Of a stretch of DNA of 64,000 nt, positions 56,250-64,000 are shown piece by piece. Under the pieces are notes generated by a model. It saw only the letters and a list, made by a program, of their open reading frames with translations, had not been told where the DNA came from and ran no database searches. A program made the position numbers and the translations under genes. Location: contig NW_005201223.1 in NCBI RefSeq assembly GCF_000372725.1, forward strand, positions 3,858 to 67,857, written 5' to 3'. Numbering within the stretch: the first letter of the stretch is position 1; the number at the start of each line of letters is the position of its first letter. Source of the DNA: Emiliania huxleyi CCMP1516 (Eukaryota).

Positions 56250-56756
56250 AGGACTCCGCTCTCTGGCATCGATCGAGGAGAGCGCTGCCACACGCCGCGA
56301 GGAGAGGCCCTGAGCCGTGCAAGAATAGATTATCGCTATCGGCGGCCCGGCCCGTTTCGACTGCTAAGCCTAAGGGCTGTTGTTTTCTTGCTTTATCACA
56401 GCAAGCAAGCGAACGAACGAACGAACGAAGCTGTGTGTGGCGCTGTGGCGCGGCATGTTTTTGTACTGATTGAATTGCCTGACTGACAGAGTGAGCTCCA
56501 AACTCAGCTCACTCAACGGCGCCAACATTCACAGGGTTGCGTATATCATGGTGGATGAACACACCAGTCAGTGAGGGAGGGCGAGACGATCGAGGGGTCC
56601 CGTACCATGCGGAACCGACCCTATCCAGTGCTCAAGTGCTCTCATGGTGGATGTCCGAGACACGCGCTGCCAAGTTTGGGCGTTTTGGCAGCCGGAACGT
56701 CCGACACTACGATTTGCGCTTGCTTTTCCAGCCAGCAGCCGGGCACAACCACAACG

Positions 56757-59183
56757 ATGTTCTTCGCGCTCGCCTCCACGCTCGGAGCGCCCGTCACTCC
56801 CTCCACGCTCGGAGCGCCCGTCACTCCGTCCGACGAGCTGAGCGCCCGCCAGCTGACAGCGGTTGCGCCAAAGGTCGTGTACGGCAACGACGACCGACGA
56901 GACTGGCACGAGCTGGACTCCAGCGACTCCGATGACGCCCTCGCGCTTGGCCTCCTCGAGAACTCCATCATGGCGCACATCTTTCGATCGGACCTTGGCA
57001 GCCCCGACTCGGACGGCGTGTACCGCGTCCTTGACGACTACCCGGACTCCTTTCGACTTGGGCCAGCGCGCAATATGTGCCCGAACCAGAAGTTCCTGCA
57101 GCACCCGCGGCTATCCTACTGCTCGGCCACGCTGGTCGGCAACAGCCATGTCATAACGGCTGCGCACTGCGTGTGGAACCAGATGCTATGCGACGACGCT
57201 GCATTCGTCTTCAACTACTACGTCACAGGCTACGACGACAACGGGAACCCCAAATTCCCAGCAATCACGCGCGACGACGTTTTCTTTTGCAAGTCGGTCA
57301 GCACCAACTACAGGGAGGACTCGTCTGGGTACTCAAGCGGCACCGACATTGCGTACATCACGCTGGACAGGGCTGTCCCCGGCCGCACCCCGGCCAGCTA
57401 TCACAAGACGCTGGTTCGGACCACGCCGCGCCAGAAGCTGCTCATGGTCGGCTTTCCGGACGGCCTTCCAGCCAAGGTGGAGGCTGGCGGCAAGGTCACC
57501 GACATCGGGGCGGATACAGGCTTTGAGTCCTTTCTCGCCTCGACCGACGCGTTCGGAGGCAACTCTGGCAGCGGCGTCTTCGACGAGGACGGGACGATGA
57601 TTGGCGTCCTTGTGCGTGGGGCGACAGACTACGTCCAGAGTGGCGGGTGCACTGTTGTCAACGAGCTCCCAAACTCTGACGGTGGAGAAGGCATCATCTA
57701 CGTCGACCGCGTCGTCAGCCTTACGAACCCAGTGCCGCCCCCGTCGTCGAGCCCGAGCCCGGGCAGGTCATGTGAGGCCGCGCTGTCGATTGACGCGTCA
57801 AGCGCATTCTCGGTGCACATCGCCGATACCTCGCTCGGCGTGGGCCCGTCCAGCTACGACGCCTCGCTCTGCCTTGACACCGCATTCGGAGGAGCAGGAC
57901 CAGTCTTCTGGATCAAGCTTGATGGCGTGCGTCCGGGCAACGAGCTTGACCTGACCACCTGCGGCTTCGACACCGACCTCTCAGTCTTTGAAGGCTCGTG
58001 CAGCAGCCTCTCGATGGCGGCGTGCGACGGCGACTCTGGCTCGTGCAGCGTCGACTACGGCTCCTCCATCGACGACTTTGTGCCCAAGGCGGATACGCAG
58101 TACTACATCGTTGTGGGTGGATACGGGGGTGAGTCGGGCGCCGCAACGCTGACCGGCACCTACTCCTCGACAGATCCCGAGCCGCCGAACCCAACCTCGA
58201 AGCGCTACGTCGAGTGCGGCCGCCGGAACAGGTGCTCCGAGGAGCCCAAATGGGCCGACGTCGACGAGAAGCACGAGGTGCGCTGCTGTGCTGACGAGCG
58301 GATCTCAAACTCCTGGAAGAAGAATGACGGGTGCTCGGTGTGGGGGGAGTCGAACGGTGGCTTTGCTTGCGCCCACCGGAAGACGTTCGTCGAGGCCAGT
58401 TCCATCTGCGAACTTGCGGGTGCCCGCCTGTGCTCTGCCGCAGAGCTCGCAGCTGGTTGCGCGGCGGGCACGGGCTGTGGCCACGATTCTGACCTTGTCT
58501 GGAGCAGCGACGAGGAGCCGTCGTCGGCGCCGCCGTCGACATCCATCTCGCCGCCGCCCCCACCCTCTCCGAAGCCCTCTCCACCGCCGCCGCCGTCGGC
58601 GTCCTCCTCGCCGCCGCCGTCCTCCTCACCGCGGCCTCCCCCCTCACCGCCGCCGCCCCCCTCACCGCCGCCGCCCCCCTCGCCGCCGCCGCCCCCCTCG
58701 CCGCTGCTCTCGCCACCGGGCGTGTGTGTCGACGATCCCAACTGTCCGCACCTCAACGACGGCGACTGCGACGACGGCGGGCCGGGCTCTGACTACGACA
58801 TCTGCGACTTTGGAGGCGACTGCTCCGATTGTGGAACGCGAGCACCCGTGGAAATGCGGTGGGTCGAGTGCGGCCGTGCCGGGAGGTGCAGCAATAATGA
58901 GCCGTCTCGATGGGCGGACTCGTCAGAGACGCACGAGGTGCGCTGCTGCTCCGACTCGCCCATCGACGGTTGGACAAAGCGTGGGGACAGCTGCCCGTGG
59001 GCGGAGTCGGACCGCGGCATGGATGGCTGCCACAGTGACAAGACCTTTGCCGAGGCGGAAGCCGTCTGTGAGGCTGCCGGTGCTCGCCTCTGCACCAAGG
59101 AGGAGCTGGAGGGGAACTGCACCCGCGGCACCGGCTGCGGCCACGATGGGGAGTTGATCTGGTCGTCAACGATGCAGCCCTAG
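56757..59183 (+). CDS. Modular trypsin-like (S1) serine protease with PPC-like and Cys-rich domains, intronless
   Basis: VVYGNDDR; CSATLVG...ITAAHC; TDIA; GGNSGSGV; TTCGFDTDLSV...YYIVVGGY; two HEVRCC...GARLC...GTGCGHD modules; SPPP tract; DGDCDDGGPG module. Confidence 0.9.
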   Translation: MFFALASTLGAPVTPSTLGAPVTPSDELSARQLTAVAPKVVYGNDDRRDWHELDSSDSDDALALGLLENSIMAHIFRSDLGSPDSDGVYRVLDDYPDSFRLGPARNMCPNQKFLQHPRLSYCSATLVGNSHVITAAHCVWNQMLCDDAAFVFNYYVTGYDDNGNPKFPAITRDDVFFCKSVSTNYREDSSGYSSGTDIAYITLDRAVPGRTPASYHKTLVRTTPRQKLLMVGFPDGLPAKVEAGGKVTDIGADTGFESFLASTDAFGGNSGSGVFDEDGTMIGVLVRGATDYVQSGGCTVVNELPNSDGGEGIIYVDRVVSLTNPVPPPSSSPSPGRSCEAALSIDASSAFSVHIADTSLGVGPSSYDASLCLDTAFGGAGPVFWIKLDGVRPGNELDLTTCGFDTDLSVFEGSCSSLSMAACDGDSGSCSVDYGSSIDDFVPKADTQYYIVVGGYGGESGAATLTGTYSSTDPEPPNPTSKRYVECGRRNRCSEEPKWADVDEKHEVRCCADERISNSWKKNDGCSVWGESNGGFACAHRKTFVEASSICELAGARLCSAAELAAGCAAGTGCGHDSDLVWSSDEEPSSAPPSTSISPPPPPSPKPSPPPPPSASSSPPPSSSPRPPPSPPPPPSPPPPPSPPPPPSPLLSPPGVCVDDPNCPHLNDGDCDDGGPGSDYDICDFGGDCSDCGTRAPVEMRWVECGRAGRCSNNEPSRWADSSETHEVRCCSDSPIDGWTKRGDSCPWAESDRGMDGCHSDKTFAEAEAVCEAAGARLCTKEELEGNCTRGTGCGHDGELIWSSTMQP

Positions 59184-59504
59184 CAGCGGCCCTGGGCATC
59201 CTTCAGGTGAGGTCCCCCTCGGCTGGGGCTGCCTGGCACATCTTATATATTGGGCATGCAGCGCTGGCGTTGTGGGGCGCCGCACAAAAGGACACATGGT
59301 GGGGATGTGTTCACTATCTGTTTACTATGAGTAATATGAGAACGAGTTCCATAGAGAGGCATCCGTGATAAGTGCGGATCGAGGCTCGTAGCCGTCTCGC
59401 GGCTAATTCTTTATTGTGAGCCGGTGTGTGTGCCAGTCCGCGCCAGTCCGCGCCCTTGTCGTGCCAGTGTGCTGTGATTTCGCGAAGAATTCTTTATTTC
59501 CACG

Positions 59505-60505
59505 ATGTCCTCAGTGCGCCGCTCCAGCCTCGTCTGCCTCCTCGGCCTCGTGGCAGTCACGAACGGCCTGAAGCTGGGCGCGCGCGCGTCGCGTACGCGG
59601 AGCGCGGCGATCATGCAGTTTGACTTTCTGAAGAATATGATGCCAAAGCAGCGACCGACGGTGTGCGCCTCTCTCGGCCCTCCTCCTGTCCTGACACAAC
59701 CTCTCTCAGCCCTCCTCCTCTCCTCGCATAAGCAGCGCCGCTGCGCCTTTCCTCGCAGGACGCCGACGTGACTACCACCGTCTACTTTGACATGTCCATC
59801 GGCGGCGAGCCCGCGGGCCGCATCGAGATGGGCCTCTTCGGTGGAGCGGTGTGCCTCCGCCATCGTCGCCCTCGCCACCAAAGTTCTCTCTCGCGCGATC
59901 TCTTGCCACCACCCGACGCCAGGTACCCAAGACGGCGGAGAACTTCCGCGCGCTCTGCACCGGCGAGAAGGGCTTTGGCTACGCCGACTCGCCGTTCCAC
60001 CGCGTGATCCCGGGCTTCATGTGCCAGGGCGGCGACTTTACGAACGAGAATGGGACCGGCGGGAAGTCCATCTACGGGACCAAGTTTGAGGATGAGAACT
60101 TCGACCTCGGACACGGCGGCCCAGGTGGCGGCAGCTTGTCACATCCTCGAATTCGCCGCGCCTCCTAGTACCTCACCCTGCCCTTTTGTGCCCCAGGCAC
60201 CCTCTCGATGGCCAACGCGGGCCCAAACACAAACGGCTCCCAGTTCTTCATCTGCACCTCCGACACCTCCTTTCTCGACGGCAAGCACTGCGTGTTTGGA
60301 AAGGCGCGGCCGCCTCTCCAAACTAGTTGCCCGCCGCCACCGGCCCGGCCCGCCGCCAGATGGCTCGCCGCCGCCGCCACCGGCTCGCCGCCGCCCGTCC
60401 CAGGTTACTTCAGGCATGGACGTGGTGAAGAGGATCGAGAAGGAGGGCTCGCAGAGCGGAGCGACGCGCCGCCCGGTCCGCGTCGCCGCGTGCGGCGAGG
60501 TGTGA
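59505..60505 (+). CDS. Cyclophilin-type PPIase with a bipartite (likely plastid) presequence, multi-exon
   Basis: [70 protein letters not shown]. Confidence 0.95.
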
Positions 60506-61113
60506 CTCTAGGGGAGGAATGTACGGCTCTGTCTCTAACAGCAAACACCAAACTGAGGGCCGCGCGGCCGCGTGCGCGGCGCCCACCGCCCAGCCCCGCA
60601 GGCATGGCCGCAGGGCGCAGCGGCCAGCGCCCAAAGCCGCCACGAGAGCACGAGCAGGATCTACTTTGTGCGAATGTCCATGGAGCATGCGAGCATGGCA
60701 TACGTTTTACTATTAGTTCATGTGTGCGTCACAACACAACTGTCCGTGGAACTCACACACAACTCTCGACGCATCTCAGTGTGATCAAACAGATCCCCAT
60801 CAACGACAACCGCCCAAAAACACACAGGCGGGCCACACAACGTAGCGCTCTCAGACCCATCGGAGCAGAAACACAGTCATCAAAGCGAAGCATGGCTACA
60901 TGTACAGAGCAGCGCTGGGGGGAGGCGGCTTATGCCGCGCTCCGCGTTCGCCGAAGAGAAGCCGGGCCAGGAGCAGAGCCTCCCTCCTGCCGCCTGCTCC
61001 TCGCACCGGCTCCGGCCTGTCCTCCTCTCGCCGCCCAGCCGGGGCGAGGCTGCGGCGGGCCGGAAGTGCGTGCAGCGGGCGGCCATGCGGGCGAGTGGGG
61101 GCCAGCTCGGCCT

Positions 61114-61800
61114 CTAGTTCGCCTTTCCGTCGCCGAGCGGTGCGGCGGCGGCGGCTGCCTGCTCATAGACGAAGTCATACTCGAGCGAGTTGGCCTTGCC
61201 GAGCGAGGTTGGCACGACCTGCCCGACCAGCGCCGTCGCGGGGCCGTTGCCCTTCCCGTCGCCGAACGGCGTCGCGCGCGCGGCGGCCGAGTTATAAACA
61301 AACTCCTGCTCCAGCGCCGGGTAGGCGACCTGCGCGGGCATCGCCGGCTTGGCGGGCGCGTCTGGCGAGTTGCCCTTGCCGTCGCCTAGGGGAAGGAGGG
61401 AGATGCGTTTCCCTCTCAGGTGTGAGCCGTCTGGCCACCGCGCAAATGATCACGGAGATTGGTGGTGCCGGGTGTCGCGCGGCAGTCTCGGTGTGCATGT
61501 CAGTTCTGTCCATCGAGTATGTTACGCACCGAGCGGCTTGGCGTTGGCACCCGCCGACTCGTACACGAGCGTGCTCGCCCACGACCGCTTCGGATAGGCA
61601 GGAGCAGGGGTCTGCCTGTCAAATTTCATGTCGCCCTTTCCATAGCCCGCCGGCTTGGCGTTGGAGCCAGCCTGCTCGTAGACGAATTTGTACTCGAGGC
61701 TATTCATCGACACGACGGGAGCGCGTGCCGATGCGGGGCTGCTCAGCCGCGCGTGGTTGTGCATCGTGAACGCGAGCGAGGTAGAGAAGAGGCTCACCAT
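61114..61800 (-). CDS. Plastid-targeted low-complexity repeat protein, 180 aa (exons 61800-61530 and 61385-61114)
   Basis: Presequence [11 protein letters not shown]...[12 protein letters not shown] intron joins in frame; four copies of (LE)xx(F/L)VY(E/N)xAxxxAxPxG(D/Y)GK. Confidence 0.8.
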
Positions 61801-62260
61801 TGTTTTGGAAGGCTTGTGGGATGGGAAGCGATGCGAAGGAGGGGCACACTTCGCCGACCGATTACGAATGAGCCGTAACGATCTGCGCTGCACTTGAGCA
61901 CTTGAGCACTGGATAGGGTCGATTCCGCATGGTACATGACCCCTGCTGCTGTTACCTCCGGTCCACACGGGTACTCCCGTGCTAGGACAACAAGGAAGGC
62001 CCCACGGTACACGGCGTCTCCACACTAGGCGAGTCACACATGTGTCGGGATTGGGATCAAAGCGCTGACTGAGAGTCATGAATGAATGTATGTATGTGCA
62101 TGTTGTCATGCGAGACGCTCCCGGCGGAGCGACTCATTCATCTTGGCTTGGGTCTGCTGCGCGCTGCTCCGGGGGAGCTTTGCTTTGTGGTGCGGTCGCT
62201 GTGGCCTCTGCGAGGAAGAGGAAGCCGAAAGACTTCTACTGACTGGAAATCGTCGCCGAA

Positions 62261-63018
62261 ATGGACAGGTACGCGGCTGCGCTCAGTGCGAAGTTCTCCC
62301 CCGAGTGCATGTGCCTGCAGGACGTGAGCGACGGGCATACACGGCAAGGCTTCGCCGACGGAAGGGTGAAGAAAACGCGAACAACCAATTACTCCTTGTC
62401 TCTACACATTACCTGCCCTTGCCACGCTAGGCGCTCGACGCGGAGGGCTTGGAGATTCTCCTGCTCCTCGTCAGTTCCGCCTTTGAGGACCTAGCAGCGC
62501 TGCAGCGGCAGCAGGCTCCGTCCTGCCTTTCTCTGTGTCACCTCTGGAGAGCAGCGCTCAGCCGCTGGACCCTCCGGCCCCTCTCCCCTCCCGGCCATCC
62601 TCACCCCCCGAAGCAGGCGGTCAATGACATCCTCGGCCCAGACCTGCGAAGTGGCAAAATTCACTCGATTCAGATGCGGTGGCGACTCCACACAACACAC
62701 CGATCTCTGACACTCACTCCTCCGCCTTCCACACAGAGCCGCCCTCCCATCAGGTGCTGGACGCCGGCGCAGTGGCAGAAGAAGGGCCGCCCAACAACGC
62801 TGCGGTCCGGCGTCCCTTGCGCGCTCATCGCCCTCTCCGAGTCTCCGCTCCTCTCCCTCCCGGCGGCATCCCCCGCCGCCGGCCTCGCCGGGCCGCCTGT
62901 GTGCTCGCTGCCGCCATCAAAGGTGTCATCCGAGCCGAGCCTGCCGACGTGGAAGCTGCCGCCAAAGATGGTTGAGCACCAGCAGCTCTGCGAGTGTGGC
63001 GGTGGCGCGGTCTCGTGA
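62261..63018 (+). CDS. Hypothetical spliced protein
   Basis: Protein-like segments (MDRYAAALSAKF..., LEILLLLVSSAFEDLAAL..., AVNDILGPDLRSGK) separated by intron-like tracts; no family recognised. Confidence 0.35.
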
Positions 63019-63598
63019 GGCGGCGTGCCTACTTGGCCGGGTTTTGCGTGTTTTGAGGACTTGTGCGCGTGGCTGATGCTAGCGGCTGATGTGGCGTCAG
63101 GTGTGTATGTGGTGTGGAGGGAACGTCTGCATGGACATGGTTGGGAGGCTACACGGGCGACACGAGGGTCCTCGCGCTATCGCTCTCGATCCTCTCTCTC
63201 CGCGTGGTCTGTGATTGTGTTTTTTTTGCGCGTCATGTGTGTGTGTCGTCCGCCCAAACTCTTGATGATGTGTTGAACCATTTCTAACTCACAACTTTCT
63301 AGTCTCTCTCTATATATAAAGCAATGCAATCTCCGCTCATCCTAACATAAGTGGACGTCGACTCCACCGACGTGCGACGAGACGTGTGTGCGCCCACGGC
63401 GCGCGCACCGGGGCCCACGTACACGCTCTCTCCGACGTCCGAGACCGCGAGAGCGAGACGCGCGAGGTCGATCACAGCATGCGCTCCAATCGCTGGTTCG
63501 ACTCGTTGCGCCTCGGGTGTGCGCCTCTCGCCGCACACCGGATTCCTGCTCGCACGACCGTGTCGACGCTCGCGACGCGCGCCCGGCAAGAGGCTACT

Positions 63599-63637
<39 letters not shown>

Positions 63638-63721
63638 CCGCTCGCTCGCCCCTTGCGTGGGTCCGAGCTTACTACACTAACGCCTCTTGTGTGGCGGGCG
63701 GGTGCGCCTCTCACGCCCCTC

Positions 63722-64000
63722 TCACCGGAGGGTGTCGGGGAGGACGGCCTGCTGCTGGTTGGCGAGGAGCACGTCCCCCATGGAGGGCGTCCTGGAGAGG
63801 CCCGACGCTGTCGCAGCCTCCGAGAGCGCGTCCTCGTCCTCGCGCGGGTCCTTGCCCTCCGCCTTGGCCTTGAGGCCCTTGCCGGCGGAGGTGAGGACCA
63901 CGACCCGCGGCGACTTGGCCACCGCCTCGCCCTCTCCTACAGACGCAGAGAAGGCGCGTGGCTGGTCGTGCTGGATGGGCGCTTGCCCGCTGCTCGCCGC
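63722..64000 (-). CDS. Hypothetical protein fragment entering from the window edge
   Basis: Open frame with coding-like composition (AKSPRVVVLTSAGKG...SRTPSMGDVLL). Confidence 0.35.
   Translation of the reverse strand, partial: AASSGQAPIQHDQPRAFSASVGEGEAVAKSPRVVVLTSAGKGLKAKAEGKDPREDEDALSEAATASGLSRTPSMGDVLLANQQQAVLPDTLR

Overview
Very GC-rich eukaryotic draft-assembly scaffold with seven N-gaps. The 18S sequence, the many GC-AG introns and the gene content are consistent with a haptophyte of the Emiliania/Gephyrocapsa huxleyi type; this is recognised by eye, not by database search. The window holds about 25 protein-coding genes or fragments: GT77 and GT90 glycosyltransferases, a 3-KH protein, an astacin fragment, Kelch, lipoyl-domain protein, Ulp1 SUMO protease, D-lactate dehydrogenase, FAD oxidoreductase, Tudor/chromo-barrel protein, U-box protein, carboxylesterase, SWEET, heme peroxidase, N6-adenine methyltransferase, sulfatase, a modular serine protease and cyclophilin. 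It also holds partial 18S/ITS1 and 28S rDNA and several DNA transposons. Four highlights. (1) A small plastid-targeted protein with four sticker-like repeats (61114-61800) that looks like a candidate haptophyte pyrenoid Rubisco linker. (2) An apparently intact 4.8-kb TIR element encoding a spliced ~1405-aa divergent hAT-like transposase with a C-terminal Tudor-like domain. (3) A foldback-like element family with 125/126-bp subterminal arrays. (4) Introns whose ends are degenerate copies of the adjacent exon. No CRISPR or other prokaryotic system is supported.
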